Position numbers and translations under genes: made by a program. A stretch of DNA of 64,000 nt, taken from Octopus vulgaris (lineage: Eukaryota). Below the pieces are notes generated by a model that worked only from the letters and a program-made list of their open reading frames with translations, searched no databases and was not told the DNA's origin. Of this stretch, positions 14,405 to 26,165 are shown piece by piece. Every line of letters begins with the position of its first letter. Within the stretch, counting starts at the first letter, position 1. The DNA lies in contig OX597818.1 in NCBI GenBank assembly GCA_951406725.2, positions 93,434,001 to 93,498,000 of the forward strand, in the 5' to 3' direction.

Positions 14405-15365
14405 TTACACACATACACACATACATACATCCACACATACACACACACACTTACACACATACATACACACACACATACATACAGACATACACACTCACAC
14501 ATACATACATAATACACACACACATACATACATACACACACATACACACACACACACATACATACTTACATACATGCATATGGGGTTGGCTGTATTGCAG
14601 GCATGCGTGTGTGTGTGTGCCTGCGGATTCACATACACCCACACCAAAAAAAATTTTTTCCATCAATCTTTCAATTATAAAATGTGTGCTTGCATACATA
14701 TATATACACACATATAAACCCCTACATTTGTACACACACGCACATATATACATACATTCACTCCCACGCACGTACGCACACACATTTACATATATATACA
14801 ATACACGCACACACACATACACGTACAAACACACACTAATTCACATACACACAATATATACCTACACGCGCACGCACACCAAAACATGCGCACACATACG
14901 CACGCACACGCGCGAAAAAAACTCACAACCCCACGGATACACGCATATACATCCATATACGCTTACACACACACACATACAAACGCACACACAACTACAC
15001 GCACATACATACACACACACACACACAAATGAACCCACACATACATCCCATACACATGGCACACAACCATACATACACGCACACAATTATACATACATAT
15101 ATATACACACACACGCACACATACACTAAATTAAGCACAGTTACTCGCCACACACCCAAACTCCCCGTCATACACAAAAAAATACACACATACACACACA
15201 TATACTACAAACAAAACACACATACCTCTTTGTTTTTGACCCGCGATTGGACCCAAAACACCACTCCTTAATTCTCTGCTAGCCAGTTGTTCGCCATACA
15301 CACACACACACGTGTCATCATTGCACACATACACACACACGCGCACACACTGACCTCCCCGCACG
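13795..15365. repeat. Complex (CA)/(CATA)-rich microsatellite
   Basis: About 1.5 kb of degenerate CA/TACA repeats. Source of the HT/VC/YV ORFs. Confidence 0.95.
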
Positions 15366-15687
15366 CACTACACCCCTACACATTCCCCCTCTTACTTTCT
15401 TTACCATACTGTCTTTGATATAGCTCTCCTGTCTTTTAAAAAACATTCTTCTACTTTTACTACTTCCGTCTTTTAGTATGTGACCTCGTCTGTATCACTA
15501 GCGATTTTTTCCCCCTGTCTTCCCTTCTCGGGATCTTACCTTCTCCTATGTTTCCAACGAAGAGCTCCGCTCGAAACGTCAGACCCTCCTTCTTTCCTGA
15601 GCGTCCAATAATACTTTATTTGTTCCACGTCCTTGCGTTGTTGTTTTTTGTTTTTGTTTTCTTGTTTGGATTAACTATATATATATA

Positions 15688-16265
15688 TTCAGGAAGTATA
15701 TTTGCCACATAAATGTGGCTAACCCCTAAGGGTGGATGCTACTGTAGCTTGTAGCCCCAGGAGGACACCTCCTCCAGCTGGCTATTGACACACTTTCTGT
15801 GCCCTGGACTACAAGCTACAGTAGCATCCACCCGTAGGGGTTAGCCACATTTAAGTGGCAAATATACTTCACGATGTCGTGCAGCTACTGTTTATACCTC
15901 GCTCAGAGATTTATTATTGCTTGTTTACACTTTTTCGATATCGGTGACTTTTCATCCCTGGAAAAAGGATATATATTTGCAAGGGGAACCCACTTTCCAT
16001 CGGCAACTGGTGATTGTCACACGCTGATGATGGGTCAATACCCAGAAACTCGAGTCCGTGTGTATCATAGGTTGAAGACGAGAAGGGTGGCTTCCCTTTG
16101 CAAATACTGATAGGGCACAGAAAGGGTGTCAATAGCCAACTGGAGGAGGTGTTCTCCTGGGGCTACAAGCTACAGTAGCATCCACCCTTAGGGGTTAGCA
16201 CATTTAAGTGGAAAATGTTCTTCACAATGACGTGCAGCTACTGTTTATACCTCGCTCAGAGATTT

Positions 16266-16266
<1 letters not shown>
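15688..16266 (+). mobile_element. Retrozyme-like non-autonomous element (~353-nt monomer, partial direct repeat, inverted 5' copy)
   Basis: Direct repeat 15809-15912 / 16163-16265. 15693-15805 is the reverse complement of ~16112-16222. Contains an HHR at 16011-16067 and is flanked by (TA)n on both sides. Confidence 0.75.
16011..16067 (+). ncRNA. Type I hammerhead ribozyme, canonical core
   Basis: CACACG-CTGATGA-TGGGT CAAT ACCCA-GAAAC TCGA GTC-CGTGTG: 6-bp stem I, 5-bp stem II, palindromic stem III (ACTCGAGT) and GUC triplet, with predicted cleavage after 16056. Confidence 0.9.
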
Positions 16267-16309
<43 letters not shown>

Positions 16310-16525
16310 TGTATATGTGTGTGTGTGTTTGTCCCCCAATATCGCTTGACAACCGATGCTGGTGTGTTTACGTCTCCGTAACTTAGCTGTTCGGCAAGAG
16401 AGACCAATAGAATAAGTACTAGGCTTACAAAGAATAAGTCCTGGGGTCGATTTGCTCGACTAAAGGTGGTGCTCCAGCATGGCCGCAGTCAAATGATTGA
16501 AACAAATAAAAGAATAAAAGAAAAG
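16310..16525 (+). mobile_element. tRNA-SINE family A, 3' half
   Basis: GTTTGTCCCCC..CTTGACAACCGATGCTGG..GGGGTCGATTTGCTCGACTAAAGG..AAAAGAATAAAAG tail. Confidence 0.85.
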
Positions 16526-17454
16526 TAAATGAGTGGAAATCGAACCATGTTACTCAACCAAATTCACTCACACGTCATTTTTCGGCCCGGATCTTGGTAG
16601 AAGACACTTACCCAGGGTGCAGTGGAACGGGACTGAACCCGTATATCTCTTGTTTTGTATAGTTAGGCAAAATATCACAGACATATGCGCACCTTAAGCA
16701 TTACCCGTATTAGTTAGCACTCAAGATATTTTTTCGGTGAAATTATGCATGATATTTCACAATCATGAACAAACTGCAGCCCACGGAACTTTCTGAATGT
16801 CATGCTTAACATTGCATTTTTTAGTTGTGCAGCCTGTTATCTATGAGGTGTGTCTGGTTCTGCAAAATGGTTGTCCATACGTGGTAGACGATCTAAGGGA
16901 GATAACTCTACAATATATATTTCCATGAAAATGCACGTAAACATAGCAAACAATCCTATTTTGTCGTCTCTAGCGGATTGATGTGCAACATTTTTGAAAT
17001 ACGATGTTGAATGGAAGAGGAACAAAACTGGCCTGTATGAGGTACCAGAGTTTTATATATCACGTTTCTAGCGGACGATACGATTAAATATAGCTTCACT
17101 ACCTACGATATCGTTCTTATTCATTTTTCTCTCACTGTTTACTCGGATGGTTATTAACAAGAAAAAAAAAAAAAAGAATTCACATCGTATACAGGGTCAT
17201 AGATTACCATATGGCTACACACACACACACACACACACACACAAATATATAAGGCATAGGGGTTTGATGATGCAAAAAAAAAAATAGAACTCAAAAGATG
17301 AGTATGCTTATTTTTTTATAAATAATCGACAAAGCACGTCAAAGACAGAGTTTCGTGCATTGGCACTTATTAAAGTATGAATATGTATATAGAATACATA
17401 CATATAAATATATATATATATGTACAAGGCTGGCAAGTCGATTACATTGAACCC

Positions 17455-17805
17455 AATAGGTCTTCCTCTACTGCGTTTCTTGTGAGTTGGTTCCCACAAT
17501 AATGTCCTGTGTATAACTTCCTGCTTACTTCTCCAGCAATGTTCTGCGAACCGTAACCGCCTTTAAACAATTATAGTTGTTATCTTGAGCAAGTTTCCAT
17601 ATAAAATTTCATTTCTAATACATTGACACCAGTTTATATATTCTACAACCCTAAGCATTTTATTGTATTCAACATCTAGTTTCTTCTCGCGCGTTTGTGT
17701 CAGGGACCATGTACCTGATCCATACAACACTGACTCAATGGATGTGCTGAAGAATATTTTGATTTTTCTGGATTTAATCCGACTTCCATATCTTTTCTGC
17801 CTTAG
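17455..17805 (-). mobile_element. RTE-type LINE C-terminal fragment
   Basis: Reads IESVLYGSGTWSLTQTREKKLD..MLR..INW..IRNEILY..RRLRFAEHCWR..IMWEP..KRSRGRP. Confidence 0.8.
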
Positions 17806-17808
17806 AAC

Positions 17809-17844
<36 letters not shown>

Positions 17845-18230
17845 CTTTTCAACTCTAGGCACAAGGCCCGAAATTTTGGGGGAGGGGGCCAGTCGATTAG
17901 ATCAACCTCAGTACACAACTGGTACTTAATCTATCGACCCTGAAAGGATGAAAGGCCAAGTCAACCTTGGTGGAATTTGAACTCAGGATGTAAAGACAGA
18001 CAAAATGCCACTAAGCATTTTGCCTGGCATGCTAACGTTTCTGCCAGCTCGCTGCCTTACAACAATAATAGTAATAATAGCAATAATTCTTTCTACTATC
18101 GACACAAGGCCTGAAATTTGGAAGTGGGCACTAGCTGATGACATTGCGCCCAGTGTCCAGCTGGTACTTTTTTTTTTTTACCCAGAGAGGTTGAGAAGCG
18201 AAGTCAACCTCAGTGAAATTTGAACCCTGA
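17845..18230 (-). mobile_element. Two adjacent SINE family B variants
   Basis: Reverse complement of the GGCGAGCTGGCAGAAACGTTAGCA..GAGTTCAAATTCC..CCTTTCATCCTTTC.GGGTCGAT core, at 17845-18058 and 18087-18230. Confidence 0.7.
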
Positions 18231-18918
18231 ATGATTATTAAATAGATGATGTTGAAGAAGAGGAGTAGCACAAGGGGAGGGGCAAGTCAATTACATTGAC
18301 TGCTGCTGCTAGAGATAATGATGGTAGTGGTGGTGGCTGCAGCCAAGGGTGCAACAATGATGATGGGGATGATGATGATGGCTACAACATCAATGGCAAT
18401 AACAACAACGACCACAACCTAGTTGTGTTTTGATTAAGATAACAATTGTTTATGAGCTTTCTATAAAGAGAACAATAGCTGCTGTGTAGTGTTTATTGTT
18501 TTGACAATGAATATCAGAATGGAAGTATGATGATGAGAGAGAGAGAGACAGACAAACACAGAGAGAGAGAGACAGACAAACAGGTAGAAAGATGTGTGGG
18601 ATGGAAAAAGGAAATGATTTGAAGTGTTTTCAAGTTGTTGTGCAGCCTCAGGTCAGTCCTGGTTCTGCAAGCCTACAATTAAAAAGTGTTTCCGTTATGA
18701 CCTTCTCATCTATTTTTCAGGCATTGTAATTCTTGGACTACGTTATTCAATGTGCCCACAAATAAAAAAAAAATGCTGTGTGTGAAAACAGAGATTTAAC
18801 TATTGCCAACAGGCTAAGAAACCACATATGATCATACAATGTCATAAAATGGCTGCTAATGTATGTTTGCTCATAAACACACAGCCCACCACACACAAGC
18901 ACACGCATGCACACACAC

Positions 18919-18949
<31 letters not shown>

Positions 18950-19050
18950 AACAACTTCATAGATTGGAAGTAGTGGAAAACATTTATTCCAATTAACTAT
19001 CAATAATTGGCATCTATTCCCAGCAACAAGGTAACCTGAGGTGGGTGAAG

Positions 19051-19263
19051 TTAACCCTTTTGGTACCAGCCCACCCAAGATTGCCCTTGGTTCTATGAAA
19101 CAAATACCCAGTTTTAAAATTATCTAAATTAAAACCTTCATGTTAATTCATGTTCCTATCACCAGCTTAATAATGACAGTTATTTTACTAAATACTTATT
19201 ATTTTCAAAATTAATTGAAACATAGCAATGTATTTTATTAAATATATGGTAAGAAAAGGGTTG
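19051..19263. mobile_element. TTAA/CCC-ended MITE (piggyBac-like)
   Basis: Termini TTAACCCTTTTGGTACC ... GGTAAGAAAAGGGTTGA. Confidence 0.45.
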
Positions 19264-19273
19264 ATGGCTCATA

Positions 19274-19842
19274 TATTGGGTTGTCCGGAAACTTTGTGAT
19301 GATTTTTAAAGGAAAGAAAAAGGTCAATAAATACTTGCCATTACATTTTTAATCAACCAAATATGAACCATTTTCTTGCACAATGCATCTCATCTTTCCT
19401 GTAACTTGAAAATACCCTCTTCCCAGAATTGAGGTGGTTTCATGGCAAAGAATTCATCAAGGTATCTTTTTATGTCATCCAAGGAATTGAAATTTCTACC
19501 ATTAAGACTATTCTGCAGAGACCTGAATAAGGGGAAATCCAAAGGAGCAATATCTGGTGAATATGAAGGGTGGGATAACACATCCCAGCCGAGCTGCAGC
19601 AATTTTTGGCTGGTTCCCAAAGCATCAAGTGCTGAAAATGAACTTTCTTATCTTCCATTTTAAAGGGTTACATAATTAACACAGGTTATAGGAACATAAA
19701 CCTTCTTCCACAAAAAGATAGCTTAAACTGTGCTCTAAATGGAGGTGTAGTCAAATCTTATTTTATGGACTCAACCATGTTCTAAAATAAGTCGACAGGT
19801 AAGCTACTATAAATCGGCACGAACTTTCCAGACAACCCAATA
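19274..19842 (-). mobile_element. Internally deleted mariner with both TIRs and TA target site
   Basis: TIRs TA-TTGGGTTGTCCGGAAACTT.. and ..AACTTTCCAGACAACCCAA-TA. N-terminal MEDKKVHFQHLMLW is fused to C-terminal LGWDVLSHPSYSPDIAPLDFPLFRSLQNSL. Confidence 0.9.
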
Positions 19843-20386
19843 GTATATTGAACTCATGACCTAAGAGGCGGAAGATTGATACTATCTCCACTCAGTTGTT
19901 TTGTATTTAGACAGCAGTGTCTGTGACACTGATGCATCTGTACAGAGGTTCAAACCATACTATAAGCATCATGTAATGCTCTTAAGTAAGTTACATTATT
20001 ATATTGGTCTCCAGTAGCAGAGCTGGCAGGAGTGGAGAGAGAGCAATGAAAGCAGTCTACCCTGAGAAACACTTTTATGAGGGCAGCATTTTTGGGTCTG
20101 TTGTATATAAGTCTGTATAGGGGACAGTGGAAGAGTGGTAAACTCAAGGCCTACATTGGGCAGCTCACTTTCAAGTTATGCCATTTTTTGATTCAAATGT
20201 TAATAGATATGGCTCCCACTATATAATGCTGCTAATAATTACCAGACAGCTAATGGTAACAAATGATAGGAAATAATGATATAGGGAAGTGAAAGCAAAA
20301 TGTCTTACATTGTAATAAAAGTCATTGTAAATTATAGAAGTAGAAAAGTTAAGCAAAGATGGGCATAGCTTTCCTTTTATTATTAA

Positions 20387-22496
20387 CTAGCAGTATTGCT
20401 CGGGTTTGTAAGGGAAATAACTATATAAGCATTTTTAGAGAGTTACTTCCCTTATAGATGCCAATTCGGGCTTTCTTAGCCATTTCTGTTTTGGTGTCTT
20501 CAAGCCATGAAGTCGTTGTTCTAAAAGAACGCTGGTCTCCTTGACAACGCATTACGACGTTGATTTCCTTAAACTCCCTTCCCCACAGCTTCACGAGGGA
20601 GGGAAGAAGGGGGAGAAGCAAACACAGGTGCAGGTGTTTGAGCGTGGACGCCAACTCCACCGTCATCGACACACGAAAAATTATGCATTAAAATGGAATA
20701 AAAAATGATGTTAAATTATTTTTAAAATCGTAGACTCATCGTAGACGCGCGCTAATACTCAGACGGGCTCGATATGAATCACGACTATAAGATACCCGAA
20801 TTTGGTTAAACTGCACCGCAAAATGTGGGAGTAGTTAGGAATCTAAATCGAAGGGGACAGACACTCACACAACTACAGTTTTATATATATAGATATTTTT
20901 GTCCTAAAAAACTTTGTATGGATTGAATGGTTACCTCTATGGAAATATATACACGCACATTATACATACATGTGTGTATAGATGAATATATAAATACATT
21001 TAAATATCTATATACACTTTTGGACGATCTTTCTGTTTCTTAGAGATAACTTTAGATCTTATTTTCGTCCTAAAAAACTTTGTGCAGAGTGAATGGTTAC
21101 GTCTATGGAAATATATACACACACATTATACATACATCTGTGTATAGATGAATATATAAATACATTTAAATATCTATATACACTTTTGGGCGATCTTTCT
21201 GCTACTTGTATATACTTTAGATCTTATATTCGTCCTAAAAAACTTTGTATGGAGTGAAAGGTTACCTCTATGGAAATATATACACACACATTATACATAC
21301 ATCTGTGTATAGATAAATATATAAATACATTTAAATATCTATATACACTTTTGGGCGATCTTTCTGCTACTTGGATATAGGTCTTATATTCGTCCTAAAA
21401 AACTTTCCTGTCACACACTCACGCACACACACACACACACGCACCCTCACACACACGCACACACACACACACACACTCACACACACGCACGCACACACGT
21501 TAGCTGACAATTTTATTTATATATTTGCGTGTCTATGTGTGTAAAGAGGAAGTGGGAATGTAGAGTGAAAGAGTCACTCACTACAAAAAGTGAATTACTT
21601 TCACTTTATTCGTTGCACACTGTGTGTGTGCGTTTGCGTGTGCTGTAGCCCACACTAAGAGAAGCATTTGACTTATACACCACAATGTGAGTTTTCTCTA
21701 AATTTTGCTTAATTGGGGTTGAAATTTTAAAAAGTGGACCTGGCAAGACCCGATGCATTCTACTCTTAAAAATGCTAGGTAAATTGTAATTGAAGAAATC
21801 CTATATTGTAGATTTCTATAAGAGACAAAGAGAGGCAGATAAAATCTGCCTTTTATAATAAGAGATATTCGTCCTAAAAAACTTTGTATGGAGTGAAAGG
21901 TTACCTCTATGGAAATATATACACACACATTATACATACATCTGTGTATAGATGAATATATAAATACATTTAAATATCTATATACACTTTTGGGCGATCT
22001 TTCTGCTACTTGGATATAGGTCTTATATTCGTCCTAAAAAACTTTCCTGTCACACACTCACGCACACACACACACGCACCCTCACACACACACTCACGCA
22101 CACACACACACACACTCACACACACACACGTTAGCTTACAATTTTATTTATATATTTGCGTGTCTATGTGTGTAAAGAGGAAGTGGGAATGTAGAGTGAA
22201 AGAGTCACTCACTACAAAAAGTGAATTACTTTCACTTTATTCGTTGCATACTGTGTGTGCGCGTTTGCGTGTGCTGTAGCCCACACTAAGAGAAGCATTT
22301 GACTTATACACCACAATGTGAGTTTTCTCTAAATTTTGCTTAATTGGGGTTGAAATTTTAAAAAGTGGACCTGGCAAGACCCGATGCATTCTACTCTTAA
22401 AAATGCTAGGTAAATTGTAATTGAAGAAATCCTATATTGTAGATTTCTATAAGAGACAAAGGGAGGCAGATAAAATCTGCCTTTTATAATAAGAGA
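20387..22496 (-). mobile_element. Composite non-autonomous Helitron-like array
   Basis: Minus-strand 5' TC ends preceded by A occur at 22496, 21865 and 20893, with a single CTAG-T 3' end at 20387-20390. Contains ~167-bp subrepeats and a ~630-bp tandem duplication (~21227-21865 / 21866-22496). Confidence 0.65.
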
Positions 22497-22746
22497 TGAA
22501 TACCAAACTATGCAGTGGGAGATCATCAACTGTGACCACTGACATGAATGATTAGCAAATGAAGAATTAGATTCATGTGGAAAGATGCACAATGAGACTG
22601 TGGTTACAATGCATTACAGAAGATGGAGGAAGACTTTAGGCATCGGAAAGTGCATGTTAAGCATGTACCTCAGCAGATGGCACCTGATCTAAAGGAAAGA
22701 AGGTTGAAGCCAGCTCTGATCATTTTAATAAATTTTTAACTAATGG

Positions 22747-23035
22747 AAACAATTGCAGGGTGGAAGGTGTTTATAAGCCATTTAAGAAACACACAAAAAC
22801 TGTTAGATTCACTTCAACATTTAAATTTAATTTGTCAAAATATTTTCGTCGCTTTGAGACAGCAACCTCTTCACAAACAAAATTCCATGCTGCACAGAGT
22901 TTTGTCAATGAAGACGTCGCGGTCTCAAAGCGATGAAAATATTTTGACAAATTACATTTAAATGTTGAAGTGAATCTAACGGTTTTTGTGTGTTTCTTAA
23001 ATGGCTTATAAACACCTTCCACCCTGCAATTGTTT
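22747..23035. repeat. Fold-back element (~140-bp imperfect inverted arms)
   Basis: 22747-22860 is nearly the exact reverse complement of 22922-23035. Pairing continues imperfectly towards the centre. Confidence 0.85.
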
Positions 23036-23324
23036 TTGTTCTAGCACTCGCTCTCAGATTAGGTCACTTGCTATGTAAGTACATCTCCGTAATTTAACTA
23101 ATGGAGTTTGCAGTAAACCACTGAAAGTATATAAGATTGAAAACAAGAAAGCAACAAAAAGAATTTTTAAAGTCAATAACAGTTTATGTATTTGCTCAAT
23201 ATGTGTGTGTATATGTGTTTGTGTGTGTGTGTTAATGAATAATGACAAATGCAAGCAATAGAGCACTTTATGATATTGAGAGAGTTTAATGGGAGTACAA
23301 TACACAAGACTGCTTAATAATACT

Positions 23325-24429
23325 ATTTACATTATTTACAATTGACGGATATTTGTCCTCATCTTGTTTGTTGTTAACACATTTCGGATGATATACCCTC
23401 CAGCCTTCATCAGGTGTCTTTGGGAAATTTCGAACCTGGGTTCTCATTCCTAAGGTATTTTTCGATGTTATTATTACTATTACTATTATTATTACTTTTA
23501 TTACCTCGAAATAAAGAGGTCAGATCCTGTACACTATAGATCTCTATTGCAAGCAGACCTAGACACAATGCAGCAGTGGATCATGGACTGGCAACTCAAG
23601 CTGGCTGTGGACAAATGTACCACCATGCATTTTGGGAGGAGAAACCCAGCGTCCACCTACTCCCTCCACAACACTAATCTCAAAAAGTCTTCATGTGAAC
23701 GTGACCTGGGTGTTATTGACAGTGATTTGCGTTTGACAAAACACATCGCTAAAATTGTCAAGAAGGCTGAGAGTGTCTCGGCATCACTCACCAAATCCTT
23801 TGTGAGCCGCTCTCCGACTATCTATCTGCGGCTTTATATAGCTATGGTAAGACCTCACCTGGAATTTGCATCACCGGTCTGGAACCCCTATCTTGCCCAG
23901 GATATCAATCATCTGGAAGCCGTTCAGCAATGTGCAACCAAACGAATACCCTCCATCAAGCATTTGCCATATTCTGAACGCCTTACTTCCCTGGGCATGG
24001 ACACATTGAAACTCCGACGTCTGGCAGCTGACTTGGCAGACACACATAAAATTATCAACCATCTTACAAACAATAACTCTGAGCACCTTTTCAAACTCCA
24101 CCCGTCTAACACCCGTGGACATATTTACAAAGTCAGAAAGCAGCACAGCTACCATGACTTTAGGAAACATTTTTTCACGCTGAGAGTTGCTGAAGCATGG
24201 AACAAACTGCTGGCATCAGTTGTTAGTTGTCGGAGCACTGCATCCTTCAAAACTTCCATGCTTTCTGAGATTCGCCAACACTACGCCTGATTTTCTCCCC
24301 TTCATACACACACAAGCATGTATCTGACTCATACATTGTTCACTTTCCAGACATTTGTACATTACTGCATATACTCTATACGCACTTTCTGACAAGTTGT
24401 GGTGCACCTGAGCACTGTATACAATAATT

Positions 24430-24525
<96 letters not shown>

Positions 24526-24865
24526 TCACTGCCTGGAATCGAACTTGGAATCTTGGGGTTAATAGCCCACGCTCTTAACCACTACAACATATACCCGTGG
24601 GCATCGTGGTTAAGAGAGCGGGCTACTAACCCCAAGATTCTGAGTTCGATTCCAGGCAGTGACCTGAATAATAATAATAATGATAATAATAATAACATCT
24701 AAAATTACTTTAGGAATGAGAACCTAGGATCAAAATTTCCCCAAGGCACCTGATGAAAGCTGGAGGGTATATCAACCGAAACTTTGTGTTAACAACAAAC
24801 AAGATGAGGACAAATATACGTCTAATGTAAATAATGGACATAATTCCTCATCTCTTAAATATAGA
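23325..24865 (+). mobile_element. Head-to-head tRNA-head + (AAT)n + HHR element with 16-bp flanking duplication, interrupted by a CR1 fragment
   Basis: ACTGCTTAATAATACT occurs at 23309-23324 and 24866-24881. Direct copy ~24607-24865; inverted copy split into 23325-23500 and 24520-24600. Confidence 0.75.
23503..24520 (+). mobile_element. CR1-clade LINE 3' fragment with (ATT)n tail
   Basis: ORF 23547-24290 reads LQADLD..W..DWQLKL..KC..MHFG..ERDLGV..LYIAMVRPHLEFASPVWNPY..LEAVQ..ATK..YSERL..L..LKLRR..TRGH..FFTLRVAEAWNKL. Confidence 0.92.
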
Positions 24866-26165
24866 ACTGCTTAATAATACTGTAACAGATATAGATCAAA
24901 TACACACGTATAACAACAGAAACTACAATGTGAACTATTATTTACTTAGCTTAAGGAAGAAAAGCATAGCCAGCTTTTGGTTATGCATATTTGTTTTATC
25001 AAAAGGTTTAAATAAAGAAGAACAATGAACTGTTAATTTTATTTTACAATGGTCACACTGAAAAAGATGAGGAAAGAATGGTATAAATGCCATTGACAAT
25101 ACTAAAGCAACAAAGTTTATTTCCTTTGAATAAAAGGCCTCAGATTTGATTTTAATTTCTCTTTTTGTTTTGCGTTATTACTTTTTGAAAAACAATGATC
25201 AGCAATTACATGAAAATATGTGATGTATGATCTGTGAAAGTGTTTGGTTTGCTCTGACAGACATCCTTCACAATATGGAATTCCACATTCCTGAAAATCT
25301 TATAAAAAGCAGAATTCCATAATGCAAAGCCTACTTTTTCTTTGACTTCCATGTTACAAATTAAAATATGTTTCCACAGAATCTTTTCCAATAAAAATGT
25401 TACAACTACTTTTATGCATGAAAATGTCAGATTTTAAATGTGCACAGTACCGTAGGTATACATAAAATAATTTGAAGAGAAATACAGAAAGAAAATGACC
25501 AGATGCTTTGTGTACTCTTGAAGTCCTGTACTTCACAGTACACATAAAATAGTAATTTGGGGCATTGCACAAGGTTATATATATATGCATACATACATAT
25601 ATATATATATATATATAAATATATATATATAAATATATATATATAAATAACCTTTCTAAATAAGTACCAATTAGAAAATATGAATATCATGTAGGGTGTA
25701 ATAATAACTTCTTAAACCTATAACTTAACCCATAATTTTATAAAAAGATTAGTTAAAAGTAAAATTGATCCATAACTTAATTATTTCTTTAGCCGGTATT
25801 AAACATCAGTCTTTTATAGGTATTATCGTAACAAGTAAATATGAATTTTTAGTCTAATATTTTGAATTATTAAAATTTTTTTTCTAAAAATCTTCCCTAT
25901 TGGTGTTAACAACCTAAATATACCTTACCATAGTATTAGTAAGTTAACCATTTTATCCCTTTTCTATAATGTTTATTCTATTTTATTTTATTTTTTAAAT
26001 ATTTTATTTTATTTTATTTTTAAAACTAGCTTATAAAATTATTCTAAGTCTTCTATCTCTATAAATTTCATACTCAGCTTATATAAAGCTATGCTGATAT
26101 ATTCACTACTTAGAATAAAAAAATCTGCTTAGACTAAAATTTTTTAATATATAATTAACATGTTG

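Larger units (their letters stand above)
13075..15676 (+). mobile_element. 5'-truncated Penelope-like element (Neptune-type GIY-YIG endonuclease, CA-rich 3' region, HHR-bearing terminal repeat)
   Basis: Frameshifted QGYPP..RTPFPFLFHP..ILRAFRRLQLDP..IFPNPPL is followed by CSRSCCNTCPF..FTCTSSGLIYCIKCNLCRMLYIGQTGRRLSDRFAEH..HF..H..EQRFIFTLQT..PHGLN (stop at 13744). The terminal ~200 bp matches 39927-40130 (-). Confidence 0.85.

Noticed and set aside
13744-15364. Many 70-200 aa ORFs rich in H/T, C/V, Y/I
   Set aside because: Translations of (CA)/(TA) microsatellites. The same applies to ORFs near 29.0-29.5, 33.5, 39.2, 49.5 and 59.3 kb.
20894-22030. Regular ~167-bp repeats considered as a CRISPR-like array
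   Set aside because: Whole units repeat with no unique spacers, and the context is eukaryotic and Helitron-like.
22500-22730. Possible mariner fragment (RKVHVKHVPQQM..KERR)
   Set aside because: Only faint similarity to the WVPHEL region; too decayed to call.
24520-24665. tRNA-like sequences (also SINE heads at ~44100 and ~63650)
   Set aside because: No complete cloverleaf or acceptor stem; they are heads of repeats, not tRNA genes.
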